From positions 64,232,001-64,296,000 of the forward strand of contig OZ296658.1 of assembly GCA_965655095.1 (NCBI GenBank): a stretch of DNA of 64,000 nt, given 5' to 3'. This DNA comes from Haplodiscus bocki. Its lineage: Eukaryota. Shown one piece after another: positions 22,999 through 37,799 of the stretch. The notes below the pieces were generated by a model. That model saw nothing but the letters and a program-made list of their open reading frames with translations. It had not been told where the DNA came from and made no database searches. The position numbers and the translations under genes were made by a program. The number at the start of each line of letters is the position of its first letter. Within the stretch, counting starts at the first letter, position 1.

Positions 22999-25900
22999 GT
23001 AAATTTTACCACCGATCTGTGAAACACCACGAAATGTTTTCACTTGCTTTCAATTTCAAATCCATGCTGTTGGCAGGTAATGTTCCATCGAAGTCAATGT
23101 CACTCTTCGAGCAGTTCAATAAAATTATCGTATCATTATAGCTAAAAAATTGATTGTTGTTAATAAATTATACCAAATTTCCAACTTTTGTCTACTAAAA
23201 TTTGGATATTTCAACTTTTTTAAAGCTGTAAGACGTCAATCGATCCGAAATGTTGTCGCCCAGTTTCTCAACGAATGACCTGTTTTGATCTCGCGCTGAC
23301 TTTTTTGATTTTTAAGAAGTCATTGATTAGCGGAAAAGGAAAGTAATGACTGTCCTAATTTTGACCAATTTTCCTGGTTTTCTCAATCCCAACTTCCAAA
23401 TTCGATTCATCCCAAAAATCTAATCATAAAGGGGGCATGTCTACGAGGTGAAGTGATTATGTACCTTTTTAGTTATGTTCATGTACATCACTTTTTCTGC
23501 ATCGAACAAAAATGATTTTTCATAAAACCCATAAAATTACAAATGGGTGGAAAGCTGCTAAAATGGATGTCTGAATTTAAATTTTGGATCGATTTTGATT
23601 CCATGAATTCCATTGTAATCTTATCGAAATTCTGAGTTTTTGTTCTTACAAATTTTTCAAAATCTTCAGTTGAAATTTCGAGCTTTAAAAATGTTCATTT
23701 TCGGATCAGAATTTCTCTGGAATTCACGAAAAAAAGTAAATGTAAGAAAGCACATCACTCCTCTTCTTTGCAAATCATCGGTCGGCTGCATTGCCTGTCA
23801 CTGGTTAATCCTGAGTGAATCCTCAGACATAGAAACAAAACATTCTTTAGCGATGCTATTCTACTCTGTGCAATTGTATATTAACATAACAACAGACATG
23901 CCACTAAACCCCTTCAGAGGAAACCAATTTTATGGGAAAATATTTCTCGATATTCGAGTCACCAACTGTTGGTTCTCGAATACGAAATATTCATCTCTTT
24001 TTCAGTAAGTATTATTTCTGAAAGCTAAGTTGGAATTTTTTCAGCAATTGTGAAAAACTATCTCGCATTTCAAACCGTCCCCAGATTTCATTATTTTTGC
24101 TAAGAAGATCAATTTAAAGTGTCATTCGGTCTTTTTGAGTGTAATGCCATTATCTTTTGCTATCTGTTTAGCAAGTTTAGATGGGAAAGTGGAGTGTTTA
24201 CAGTATTTGTTGGGTTTCCTAATACATCCGGCAATTGACGTAATTTTGAACCTGGGATCTTTTTGGTTCTTTTAGTAAATATGACTAATGAAGTGTTCGC
24301 AAGAATTTGAAGATTTTCGCAATTTGGACGCTTCCGACATTTATAAATGAAATGTAATTGTCTTCTTCGCGAAAATCTACACGAAAATAATAAAGAATGC
24401 TTGAAAATTTCATACCAAATCATGAAGTCATTGAACCAAAATGATTCCATGTTTGTCCCTTTCCAATTTACGGGATTCCGCTAAACTAAACTGCTCAAGT
24501 TCGACTATGCTCATAAAATTAAATCAAATTTTTCAGATCTTGTACCCTTTGACTTTGAGAGAAACTTGATCCAGTGCGCTCAAATAGTTCGAAAAGACAA
24601 AAGAGTCCACTTTAAAAGGCTTTGAACTCGCAACTTTTTGATTGAGATTTGAATCAATTGCAATTGAGAAGCTCTTGTAATGAGGCGAAATTTTTTATAG
24701 CGGAATCTCGTTTCGGTGCTCTTATTTCCTTTGCCCCTTCCTGTCTGTTTTTAGAGTACCATTCAGTGTTTAAAATAGTTCATCAGGTCTGCCAGTTAAT
24801 CAGCTAGTGTTAAAACTAACTAAGTCTAAAAGTTGATGTCAATTTTTGGGATACTACAACACGGGATCACTTTTCAAACTTTCATGGACGTAATAATTTA
24901 AATTTCCGTAGTGTTTCATTTTATATCTGTTTTGTCAATGCCCAGTCGATTATTTTTGGGGTCAGCTAACGCTTACTAAGTTATATATATGTCAATTGCA
25001 TTTTCTGTTAACTAGCAGATCTTATCAGTCCATTCCATGAGTGACTGGTTTTGGTAAATGACTGAATCGAGTTTAATGTAGTAAATGTTTTGACATCTTC
25101 AATTCACTAAACTGGCGACTTAAATTTAATTTTATTGTTTCCACATTTACTTTCCGATACTTAGACAAATCAGAACGAATTCATTCTAAGGAGAACAAAT
25201 GATAACGTAGGAAAATAGATTATAAATCAATAGGTGAAGCGGGGCTGTGATATTTTTTGTCACCAAATGCGGGAAAATGGTTGATCGAAAAAAAAACAAA
25301 AATCGACAAACTATCACTTCAGTTGTTACGCGATTTTGAACAAAAATCCTCTACCTGCAGTATGATACTAACACGTTTCGAATGGAGCAGCAAAACCAAG
25401 TTTATAATCATTTGGTAACACTGCGGAAACCTAGTGACAAAACCTTGAATCAAAAAATTTCTGCCTGTAGTTGGACAAAAAGGAGTTTCAATGTCGATAA
25501 AATTACTAATTCAGATTTACTGTATGTTCACTCTATCAAGCTTCCGATGCTAGAAAACAAGTCAATGATGTTATTGAATAACACTATTGGAAAACTTACG
25601 ATGGAGATATAGTTTTTGGAGTAAAAATGATTTTGCATATCGAAATGACTTCACTTATCACAATTTTGGGTTTGCCATTTTTCTGAGTCAAGTGAAAAAA
25701 CTGAAGGCTCAATTTTTCAATAGCCTATTATAGATAGGCAATTGTCGATTGGGACCTTAATGGAAGAAATTCCGTTGGTAGTTCTGGAGAGAAGTGATTG
25801 TGAATATGCAGAAAAAATACAGTGTGGTGTTTTCCAGTTTGCGCGATCATGGTTCAAATGCTAGAAACAATCTCGAATAGATAATAATCGAACCATCTGT

Positions 25901-28746
25901 AAATGAAACCCTTTCTACTGAGACAGAGGGAGGAAAAATAGCTCGTAGCTTCGAAGGAAGTTGATTTTGACTTTCGAGAAAAAATACCAAATTTCTGCCG
26001 GCTTTTTTGGCCTATTTGAAATCAAAAGCACGGAACAAAACAGGCAATATTGTTTTTCAGAGAGAGCTGCCGACCGAGACTTAGAAATTCCTGGCCGTAG
26101 ATTCAAAAGAATATCGAGGAAAGTCTGGCAAAGTCATACAATTTAGCATTTTCGGCCCAAGAAGTTCCGATGCGTTTTTGAAATTGTCGATTTCGTTTTG
26201 AATATTGAATTCGTTTAGTGACAAGCCTCGACTTTTCGTTAAAAAAGTTGAAACGTCGAGTTGTAAATGTAATGAAATTGTATATGTAAAATCGTAAAGC
26301 TGCTCAAACCACTGCTACATGTTCGACTGAATGCGCTAAGTGAGTGTGTGTGTGTGGAGGGGTTGTTGCGATGACCAAAATGCATATACAAATACAGGGG
26401 CCTGTTTACGTTTTCGTACGCCACCTACATTAGCTAAATAAAAACATTTAGAAGAATACTACTTTAAGGTTTCCTACCAAACAAAAATTTGCGATGTGTG
26501 AAATTTTTCGCGCAGCCGAATATAGTTTAAATTTCAGAACATTTCAAATACATTCAAAATATTACCGTGCGGATGGAAACCTAATTTTTGAGCCTTTTGT
26601 TTTGCTAGTTTTTCCTAAATGTTTGGGTTGTGACTATGCCATCAGCCCTTTAGAAGAAATTCTCAAAGTGCTGTCACATGGCTCCGAGTAGTTTAATGGA
26701 CTCGTTTTTCCATCTATGTAACTGAAACTCCCTTGTTTCATCAAGTTTTGACTTTCGATGTCTGGTCCATTGTGAAGGAAAACAAATTTTCGATAAAAAT
26801 TTTCGACCTTGATGTTTTGACCTTGATCTTGAGTATGCTAAGACTCTCAGTATGGCAACAAAGGTTGTACAGGCTTTTTGTCACCTTGAACAAAATTGCG
26901 GCAGTTTTCTGACAGAATTTTGCTTAGAATCTTCTAAAAAATTCGACTTGATGCAATTTAGGGGCTTTCAACCGCCTGATTTCGATGGTGCACGGGCAGC
27001 AGAAAATAATTTATTAATTGTGAGTCATAAGCTCTTGTGGTTGTTCGAGATTCTTTTGCGCTGCGGAAAGTCTCAGTGTTGATACAATTTTGCTTTTTCC
27101 GAAATAGTATGGCATCTTACATGGATTTTCACTGGGTTTTACTTTTGTTTTTGTCTAACCCAAAAATCGATTTCTGATTTCAATTATAATTATTTTTGAA
27201 TAACATCCCCGGGACAGAATTTTCGAAAATTTTTCGCTCCGATGTCAGAGCCCGCCAGTTTTCCATTAGCGAAAACATTTACAAAAAGAAAAATCGCCGA
27301 TTGAGAGGAGAGCTTGATGGAAGAAATTCGGTCGGTGGCTGTGGAGAAATCATGTTTCAATAAGAAAATCAACAATAATCGCACTCTTTGACCAAATCTT
27401 TTGTCTGGCAGAAAACCAGTCGGTGTTATCAGAGAAAAATGAGTGTGAAATTCAAAAAGTCAAAACTAAGTACACCTTTTTGGCTCCTTCGGCTTTTGAG
27501 GGCTCCAATGCAAAGAAAAACCATGGTTCTGATAAAATTACCTTTGAAAAATTGAGTTGGCGATTGACACCTTAACAGGAGAAAAGTGAATTTGATTATC
27601 GAGAAAATACGAGGTATAGTTTTTTTCCGCATTTTTGAGTAATCAGAGTTTTCATGCTAGCAATAATATTGTCCAATTTGTTTCGAAAAACGTACTGCAA
27701 ACAAGAGGCTGACAAATGGTACCTTGATGGAACAAAAACACGTTGGTTTTGGATTAAAATGAACTTGAACGTAGGGAAGGTTCAGCTATGCACATTTTTT
27801 TTCTTGATTCGACTTATTATGGTTCCCACTTGAAGGACCAAACCGAAAACATCAATATCGAATAACTTTTCGAAAAGCTAATGATGACTGAGACCATGAT
27901 GGAAAAATTCTTGCCGTGTTTTGCAAGAGATGTGAGCTTGAGTATGGAAAAGTCTTTTGAAGACTGCATTTTTTCCTTTTCCGGTTATAAGCAACTTCAA
28001 AGGGCATGGAAAAGACGATCGGGTCCCCATCCTTGAACATTGGGTTTAATTGTTTTTGGTTCGATTTTTGGAAAAATGGAACAATCGGAAATTCTACTCC
28101 CTTCCGTTTGAGAAATGAATTTCCCATTCAGCGGAAGAAGGAATATCGTGTTGGAAGTCTGAATGCTCATACTTTTCGGTATGTAAAAATATATAGCTTA
28201 TACGGGGATTCGCACCCACTGCTTGTAAATTCAGAATCCTGTCCTATCCGCAAGGTCACGGTGATGCCGTATGCAGGAAAAATTTCGCTAAAACTGTGGT
28301 CCCTTGGCAGTGAGGCCCATGAAAAAACGACCCATGGTAATAGTCGCGCATTTTAGTTTAAAAAACGCCGGAAAACATTTTTTTTTTCAAATTTTTCAAA
28401 ATTTATGATTTTTGAATCCCGGAGGATCCTTTTTTTTACTGAGCAACTTCAAACTAATTGCTAATATTTGGATGGTCCACCAGTTTGATCTTTGACCCTA
28501 TTTAGAGCCAGTTCAAAGACTACGTTTTGAGTTGGCGAAGTATTGAAGGAAATGTTTTCTTTGAAATTTTTGAAGACGCCAATATCTGACTGGCTTGTGT
28601 CTCTGCTGGCAGAAATGCAGCATTTTTGTATTAAGTCGTGCATGAAAGTGCTGGGTTGCTCCATATTAGGGCTTTGATGCTCTTCGAGCAGTTCTTGAGA
28701 AAATTTGTTTTTCAATGGAATTTTCTCTAGATTTCAATGAGTTCTA

Positions 28747-29040
28747 CACTGTAAAACTGGCGCGTGCAAAAATACGTACGAATGCATGTAACTTTGCCTG
28801 CGGTTCGCATTTAAAAAGGGTACACATGCATATTACCTGCATTACTTGCAGTTTACTCAAAAAACAGGTGAACTTACCTGCTTCTACCCGGTAAGTATTT
28901 CACGCAGAATACACGTGACTGCACGAAATGAGGCACGTAAGTTCCGGGTAACTTTACTTACGGATAGAAAGTGGCATACATTTGCGAGCTGATTGGAAGA
29001 CGCGTGATTGAATAAAAAGAGCCCTTCTACTATTACAGTA
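28747..29040. mobile_element. possible CACTG-ended MITE with internal TTACCTGC repeats
   Basis: Starts CACTGTAAAA, ends TTACAGTA; recurrent ttacctgc/ttgcctgc. Confidence 0.35.
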
Positions 29041-30048
29041 GCTTTTATTTTTTTTTCAAAGTGTATTCGACTAAATGTTTGAGCTCTTCAGATTGAAAGT
29101 ACACCTTGAATTACAAAAATTTGAGTCCTACAGGACCGAAAACATGTTTTCAGTACTCGAAAAATTTTCAGATTTTTGGTCCAAACTTTTTCATCACGCT
29201 CCTCATATAAAGTTCTGAAATTTGAACAAATTTTGAGAGCTATAGGGCCAGGATTGTGTCGCACGCTTTGAGTTTTCGGTCCAAAATTGAAGTTCGGTCC
29301 AAACTTTTTCATCATGTCTTTCTTACAAATGTCAGTTTCTGGAAATGCATACCACAAATGTTTGAGATAATGGCATTCTTGGGCGGTGAATGTCGTGTCT
29401 TTGTTGAAGAGAAAAGTTTATCAAAAATTTCTTCGTCGAAAAAAAAATCGATTTTTGTTTATCGGTAAAGCCACTTCTAAATAACCACAAGCAATATTGG
29501 ATTTACGGACAGCCCCGATTTCGACCATTCACGGGATGTTCTTTGGTTTCCTCGCTGTTCCTCTTATTCCGTATATTAAGCTCTGTATTTTTAGACAGAG
29601 CGCAGAAGTGAATGATACTTTTGAAAAACTGTACAGATTAGTTATTTCTTGAGAATCATTCAAAGATGAAACCGACTGAGCTCACTAAAAGGATTTAAAA
29701 GCTGCACGTCACGTGTCGAGTAATTTGGTGATAAGACACATCTTTGAAATAAACGCGAATTTTATGAAACTTCGATTTTTTGAAAATCTCTTCCAGCTTG
29801 AAGTTTCTAGCAGTATGGTCTACTCATTTGAGCACATCATTTCCAGGACACAGGATACTCTAAATCAGCGGTTGCATACTTCATTCCTGTTCATAACTTT
29901 CTATGGCGAAACTTAGTTTTTCGCAAATAGGTTGTGTTTATCTATCTTTAACAGTTAGTTTACATTCAAGAACTATTTCAGTTTTAATTTTAATTTAAAA
30001 AAAACATTGCGGAAAAGAATCGCAATTGATAATTGAAAAACTTAGAGG

Positions 30049-31300
30049 TTAGAAAAATTTTTCTCTAACCCTTCTCTTGGCCCAGAAGTTAAACGATTGA
30101 GGGTCGGGCGGTCCAAATTCTTCACACTTTTGCTGATCCTTCTTCGACGATTTTGCTAATCCAGGTAGTGATATACCCAATGAATCCATATTATGTTGAC
30201 GCTGCTACCCAAAAGATTTTTTAAAATCACAAATTTCTTGGTTCAAAACGTTTTGCTCCTTCTGAAGTTCCAAATGTTTTTCCATGTAATCGGATCCCAG
30301 CGCACTTATTTGTACTTCTAATTTCTTCACAAAGTGATCATAAATCAGCGAGTCGGCTTTCAATCGATGTTCAACGAGGTTTTGGTATTCGGTTTCTTCG
30401 TGCCATGAGAGTTGAGATGTGTCACGCAATAAAACGCCATGTCGCCTTTCATTGGATCGAACACGGGAAAAGTCTTCAATTGGCCAGTTGAGTTTGCTTT
30501 GAAGAACGACTGAAGATTTTGCGAATCGTTCTGAAACATTAAAACTGTTCAACTTATCGTGAAGTATTTGTTGAATATATAAAGAAGGTCCTTTTAGGCC
30601 TCAACGAAGCTGGATTCTCATCTTCAAGTTCTCCTCTAACAAATTTCAGTAGAACTGAAGAAAGAGTTCGAATTAGGAAATGATTCTATTTCTTTTGTAT
30701 GGTAATTTATTTCTTTATGATGAGAGTTTTAGACTTGCTGCCCAAGAAAACTTCTCTGGCATAACGAGTTTACGTTTTACAGTGATCGGAATCGTAACAC
30801 TTACCTGGCAAACAATCTTTATACTCTTACTTTTGGCGCAAGAAATCTGTTCACAGTGGGATAATTTATTACGGTTCGTGAATGTACATCAATCCTTTCA
30901 GGGTGAAATGCGTCGCAATAGCTTGTTAAGAAAGACCTTAGCCAATGGATGGGGACTGCAGTATACTTATAAGAACACCCTGTATAGATAAGACTGCCGT
31001 GAATCAATGTAAAAAAGAGTCAAAGTTCTGTTAGAAGCATTTTTCAACTTGAACTTTATACGCAACCAAGTAGTGGACATGTTCAAACACTCGCTTTTCA
31101 ATCAATTTGAATTCAACCAAAAAATGGGCGAAAGACAGCTCTTGGTGAATCTCATTCAAAAGAACGAGACTTGATGACATTGAAATAAATTTTGTCCCGT
31201 CCCGATCTGCTTTCATTTCCCGAAAAATGCGCACAAAACTCAAACGAAGCACAATTTTCTTTTTTGATAACTTAAATTTGGTGTGTGCCAGTATTTCAGT
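30049..31300 (-). pseudogene. galactose-3-O-sulfotransferase (GAL3ST)-like pseudogene, apparently intronless
   Basis: VSERFAKSSVVLQSKLNWPIEDF...SNER...ADSLIYDHF...QISALGSDYMEKHL...C matches the Gal3ST C-terminal pattern (ExFDESLVLL..LCW, N.R, D..LY.HF); HSR..V..FLAPK upstream; multiple stops and frameshifts. Confidence 0.6.
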
Positions 31301-31349
31301 GTATTTTCTCGGGAAGTTTTAAACTCCAGAATTTTATAATGCGAAAAGT

Positions 31350-34300
31350 TAAATGAAATGCAGAATTTACCCCCACAGATATCTATCCCAGCAAAGCATG
31401 TTTTTCTCAACTTTCCAACCTATCATTTGTTAATACAAGAAGTTCGATGAATTGCATAAATCATCAGAACGTTAAATGAATAAAGGCGCAATGCGAACAA
31501 AAAATATTGGCCAGATGCCAATCAGGTCTATGTTCGAAAAAGTCAATTTGAGAGAACTCATGCCACATTGTCTCATATTCAAAGTGATTGATGAGCCAAA
31601 CATGAGCTTTTAGGGTGCTGCTTTTCAATTATTCAGACCAATGCTTGAAAAAAAACTAGCACCCCTCACAATGCGAAAACGAATATGCACCAACCAAGTG
31701 TCGCAAAACCTTCGATTCTGATCGTTTACATTACTCCACTAGAATCTATGATGATGTCAACAAATGCTAGTCTTGAACACGATGACTATAAGACTATGAT
31801 TCGAGTTCAATAACTTCATCCAGCAGGTGTAAGATATCAATCGGTTTCTCTATCGATTTCGGTCAAATTTAATTGCTTCTACAAATTTCTTCATAAGCGA
31901 ATTGTCCAGGTGTGATAACAGCTATTACGTTACTTTCGTGGAATTTACATGAACCTTATTCATCCGAATTATGTATTTAGATACCCGTTACTGTATTGAT
32001 GCATCCATTCAACCGTTCTCATTTTAAGCACAAAATTGCTGACTGAACGGGAATAAACATATTTTTCAATCGAGTCAATTGGAGCGTTTTCAATTGGACC
32101 GCCATAAAAAAACTACCAATCCCGTCATTAGAAAAAAACAGACTTCCAAAGCGCAAAAATATGATAGCCCCATTTTACACAACTCACAACTTATCAAATT
32201 AAGACACAAGTTGGATTCAGCGGAAAAGACTACGCACAAAGAGATCAGAGAAGAATACAGACAGACTAGACGAAAGTATCAAAGAGTTTTTCTATCGAAT
32301 ACTCAGAGAAAATGTCAATTAGAGAAAGGACCAAAACTGTTCCCTAAAAAGGACCGACTTCATTACCATTTTTTAAATCATAGCGCCCGTTCCGTGATAC
32401 ATTTGCGCTAGAACGGAGTAACCATAGTATTGCCAAATTTTTGGAACAAAAAGAAACGAGACGAAACGGCAGCACACGCATGGACTCGTTTTCTGGAAGT
32501 GAAAAAAACTGTGAAAAAGTGAATATAACAGCAGCCGAATTTTGGCAACAAAACTCGATCTTAATCGGCCAATCAAACGGCAAAGATTGAGTGAAGAAGA
32601 GAAAAAAGATGATATGGAGTTCGAAACAATGATCGCACGATAAACAATCAGTTGTTTGCTTCCCTGGATTCATCCAAGGGGCTAATTAAACATTTGGAAA
32701 AAGAACCAGAAAGGCAAAACGGATGAACGACTGAAAAAGCCGGCCGAAGAAACCGAAGAACACTAAAAGGTCGCGCGATTGTAGAAAATGGTGACTACAA
32801 TATTGTTCGAATAATCATGAATCTACAGCGAAAGAAGAGGAGCAGCGCAAGTGTAAAAAGATAGGAAATTACGCTAAAACTGGCGGAAGAGTGTTGTAAA
32901 AACACATCGTTAGGGATGATGTAGAGATTCACATGCGTTTGAAGAAAGTCGAACAATGGATAAAAGTTCGTTTACACTGAAGGAGGACAAGCAACAACCA
33001 GTGTATAGAAATGAAACGTAATCTCCACTGCAAGACCACTTCAACAGTCGTTGAAAATATTCATCACCAATTCCAGATAACCACAGGTTCTAATCCCACG
33101 TAACAAAATTTCACGCTGGATAACTGCACTTCTAGTCACAACAAAGTACCCAGATTTAAAGAAAACCGAATTGAGTCCATATGAAAAACAAAAACTGAAG
33201 TGATGAACGGAGACAACAAAATGACACTGTCGTTTTTGATCGACGGAAATTTTACTGGCCAAATATTGGATAGGATAAAATTGAAAAAGTTTTTCATTAA
33301 AAACTGGTAATGCAATTAAGAGCATATGCAAAGTTTGGGATACCCAAAATTCAGAAGACAACAAATTCAAGGAACTATTCAAGAGAAGCTATAGAAAAGA
33401 AAATATAACCAAAGTTGACATTCGCTTAGAAAAGGCGCTGAGATAATCCATCATGAAAAACCATCCCCGTACTTATGAAAAACTCGATGCGAGAATTTTT
33501 TAAACGCCTTCAATGATGAAAAACCCCTTAAAATGCCGATAAAATGAATGACCAAAGGAGGTCCTTTTTAGCCCTATTGTAATAACTGTGATAATAGACA
33601 GATCCAGCAGAGTCGCTCTGGACATCAGACAAACAGACTGAATACCGATACAAGGAAAAGCACAGATACTGCAGAGGGAGGAATTGTCATCAGTGTTTTC
33701 TGGAAAGACTGTGGACGCAAAGGAAGAGGATATTTGGATAAGTAGATTTGACTTGGACGATGCGTTGGGCAAATAAAGCGATCAGAGAAAGTTAAAACTT
33801 ATGACCAGTTTTGATATTCAGAGGCTGTTTTTGGTTCGTGAAAAGATTCTCCGCGTTGACAGACACACCAATCATCTTTCAGGAAAAGATAGACCAAAAA
33901 ATGACTTGCTTGGCTTGATGACAAACTCATTGTAACGAAAAAGTACAAAAGCTCAGAACAAAAAACAAGGAACAGTTGACAAAAACGTCAGAGATACTGG
34001 ACAAGAAAAAATAAAAAATAGGTGCACGTAAATCCAATATTTTAAACTGGAGATAGAATGGATAGGAAATGAAATCGACAGTGGAACGGAAACAATATTC
34101 CCAGAACCGTATTAAACCGGTACAGCTGATGTTAGAAACATTGTAAAACAATTACATGAAATGGAAAAGAATGAACCTTTCATGGAGGTAACTCAGTACT
34201 TTCAAGGTCCATCGAAAAATTGTCCAGCCGGATTTACCGACTGAGAAAAATGAAAGCAACAAGGCAATGGGAATGATCAGACAACACCAAAAATCGTTTA

Positions 34301-34450
34301 AAAATACATTTTTATATTATCACGGAACAACCATTCCTTACTGGAAAAAACGAATGATACAATATAATGAAAACTAACGCTAGCACAAAAGTTTCGCTCG
34401 AAATATTTTGGCAGAAACAAGTACATGGAGCATCAAAACCCGTTGCGTCT
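31350..34450 (+). mobile_element. heavily decayed LINE-like sequence
   Basis: RT-like remnants (PKGGPFSP ~33550, VALDI ~33612) in a purine-rich strand with no long ORF. Confidence 0.35.
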
Positions 34451-35150
34451 GCTAATGGATTCTTATTAGTTAAAAAAACAGATTCAAAAATTTAACTAGG
34501 GATTTTGGCGGTAGTGTAGGGTTTAGGAAGTTCTCGGCTTCACATAAATAGAACACAAAGGGAAATATTAACAAATTATAAAATACCAGATTAATTATTC
34601 AGCAAAACAGAGATTTTAAACTTTACTAGGCAAATTAGGCTGTCATCCGAGCAAAATTCAGCAGAAAGAGACGAAGAAAACGTGAAAATCAATATCGCTC
34701 CAATGCGGTCGTTTACGTTAAAATTCGGTTGCCTCACCAAGAAGACTGCCGCTTACCACCAGCATGTTTTTGCCCTCCCATTTTGGTAAAGATGCTTTTT
34801 GAGAGAATGGAGGCGTTTTTTTCAGGATGCTCTTTTTCTTCATCAAATTTTATGTTCTCTCCAACTTTGAAATTTCAATTTTTCGAAAAAAATTTTACAA
34901 TTCAGCTGAAAAAAAACTTTTATAATGTAATTTCATTTGATACGCTTTCTACAGCCATTGCGTCACCTTTAACGATTTTGAAAAGTAGATATTTTTCAAG
35001 TAAAAAACACTGGTACGTTTCGAGAAGTCTTGCTATTTCAGTCGAATTTTAGGGCAATTTTTCTGAAAAAAGCACAACTGCGTTTCGATACTTTCTGTCG
35101 ACGGTGGTTAGGAATTGACTCTAAATTGGAATAGCTTAAAGTTTCAAGAT

Positions 35151-35905
35151 AAACATAGACACCCAAAGGTGCGAGGACGCCTGCTCTTAGCACAGTATAA
35201 ACAACAATAATAGCCAAAGAAAGGTATTCTCAAAACTCACTTCTAGGTCTAGAGAGGAACATGGAACAATTTCAGCAGCTATTTTTGAAAAACTCAAAAC
35301 TACGATGTTTTTAGGACTTTATCCCACAAATGTTTGGCAGGTTTGTCAACAGTGTTCTCTACGTGCGGAGAAGATCTTGAGGAAATATGTTTTTTTTTGA
35401 AAAATTAGAATTTGTAAATATTTTTGGATTTTGACTGAGAAATTTTCGGGTTTTGGCAAAACAATCCGGGCAGGGCTGTCAAAACTGCATTCTACGCGAC
35501 CACAGGAACGCTTTGAGGAAAGTTTTGAAAAATTTATGGTTTTATTATTATCTTCGGTCTTTGAGCGAAAAATTTTTGGGAGGGTCATCAAAACTGCATT
35601 CTATGTGTCCAGAAGAACATTTTGAAGAAAGACCATTTTTTCTAAAAAAATATTGTTTTTTTTTCCAATTCGTGCTTTGAGCGAACAATTTTTGGCCTTT
35701 TCGAAAAAACTTTCGGCAGGGTTGTTAAAACTGCATTCGATGTGTCCAGAGGAACATTTTGAGATTGTCAGAAAGTTTTTTCCAAACGTAAACGCAAATG
35801 GCAAACATCGGTTGAACAAACGTGCACGCAATTATCAAACATCGTGTTAAAAAACCATTCGCGTTGGATGTTTTTCCTCCCATATTGAAAATATTGTGGA
35901 AAATA
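35151..35905 (-). repeat. HINE-like element with ~120-bp internal tandem repeats
   Basis: Repeated aaaactgcattc(t/g)a(c/t)g..tccagaggaacattttgag units at 35240-35790; termini resemble 4231-4686. Confidence 0.6.
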
Positions 35906-36899
35906 AAAAAGGACACTCCTCACCTAAGCAAACCGCCACTATGACAGCGAGAACGCCGAATCGCGACGCCAACTGTCACGCCTCAGCAGCACAGAAACAG
36001 TCATTTTGTTTGAGACCGGTTCAGCAAAACAGCGACAGAAAGTTCAAACTCCAAACGTTCAGACATTTTTCATATCATTGTCGACAAATCTGCAGAAAGA
36101 GACTCATACGGTGAAGCAGTTGGCTTGACTTGCCGCTGGGGGTAAGTTTTGAGAGTGGGAGAAAAAAGGTCTCCGGAGGAAGGTAGAAAAACCATCAACC
36201 ATTAAGGAATCAACACAAGGAACAATTAGGCATTGAGGCACCTTTCAAAGAGACCATAAAGAACTTATCAATTAAACGAAAAAAAACAATGAATCCCCGT
36301 GGTTTTCAAATTGCCGAGCCAACGTACAGCATAAAACGAAGCAAGTGGAAACTAATGAAAGAAAACTCTTTTGGTCGGTGCGTCTTTGAGCGATAACGCG
36401 TCGCGAGCCGGAATAGAAGTTTCGAAAACCTACTTTTCAGCATTTGCCTATAGTTGTTATTTAACCATGGAACTATATACAATTGGTACATCGCCGGAAA
36501 AATCAGACAGGTGGACGAGAAAAGTTCGATGGACTTAGACTCTCTAATGCCAAAGAGTACTAATGACACCTTTCTTGTGGTGTTTTTGGTTTGATAGGAA
36601 AGACGAATCCACAAAGATATACAACATGGAAGCTTGATTTAGAAAAACAAACCATCGAATCCAAGAAAAAGTACAACCCGAAAACCTGATTGACAAACAC
36701 AATTCAAGCTCGTTTTCCACGAGAACTGCACCGACGTCCACTCCAACCGCCACACTCCACTCATCAGGCTCTTATACAAAAGTCATCCACCATTTTCTAA
36801 CATCGCACATAGCGCCGCGTTTTTAAGACCAGACACGCTCAACATCTTCGGAAACATCTTCACTGCGTACCGTGAAAAATGTCAGGTAAGAGTATGAAA

Positions 36900-37300
36900 C
36901 AGTATTTACCAGTCAGCAATAAAAATCAACCTAATGGAATTAAAAAATCCAAAGGAAGTTATCCAATTGGATTTCATCAGACCATTCAACAAAAGTAGTC
37001 GTCGGTAAACTTTTGCTAAAATTGGTCAAAAAGAATAGTAAGTGGCCGGCTAACAGTCTAACAAAGCATACAAAAGTAAAAGTGGCTGTAAAATTTTTGG
37101 ATGACTAAATAAAGGTTAACGTCGCTCCATGAACTACAAGAGCAGATAAAACTACTGCCTTCAGGAAAGATTGAAAAAAGTTAAACTGCGAGCTTTTTAA
37201 AGTGTTTTTGTTCATCGTGTATTTGACGAGAATGAAGATTGATTTCGCATAATCCCAACAAGAGAGTGATATTTAGAAAAGGCCAAATTCCAGTACCAAT
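36900..37300 (+). mobile_element. LINE RT fragment
   Basis: IQLDFIRPFNK....LLLK at ~36960 resembles the RT motif YLDFSKAFDKV.H..LL.KL. Confidence 0.45.
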
Positions 37301-37799
37301 AAATGCAACCAGTAGAGAAAACTTGAAAATTTTGATATACCAAAGATTCCCCCCAAAATAAATTCTAAATGTGAAAAAGTAGGAGTTTTTTCACAGATTA
37401 ATTTCATCCAAAAAATCAAATTTGATCAAGATTCAGCATTGGATGAAAAATTCAGAAAGAACTTTGAGAATTTCAAAGAAGCAAAAAATAACTTCAGAGT
37501 TAGGTGCGCGTCTGGTTACTTATTCCCTTATTCGAACTTGTCGACCTGTTTGGTTATCTGTAAAGAGATGATACACGAAAAGATGGATAGAAATTGTGCC
37601 CCTCTACGCAGTGAAAAATATCAATTAACACCTTGGTGGAAGAAATCAAGCCCATTGTTTCGGACTGTCACGTGTTGGAAAACATAAAAAAGTCAAAATT
37701 AAGGGACTTTTCGACATAAAATGCGTTTCATGAATACCCTGCGAGCAAAAAATGGAAAATCAAGTGTCGAATGACTTTTAATTACCAAAATGCTCTCTT

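Noticed and set aside
25140-28350. Possible MULE transposase or other TE coding remnants
   Set aside because: Only faint motif hints; too degraded to support a call.
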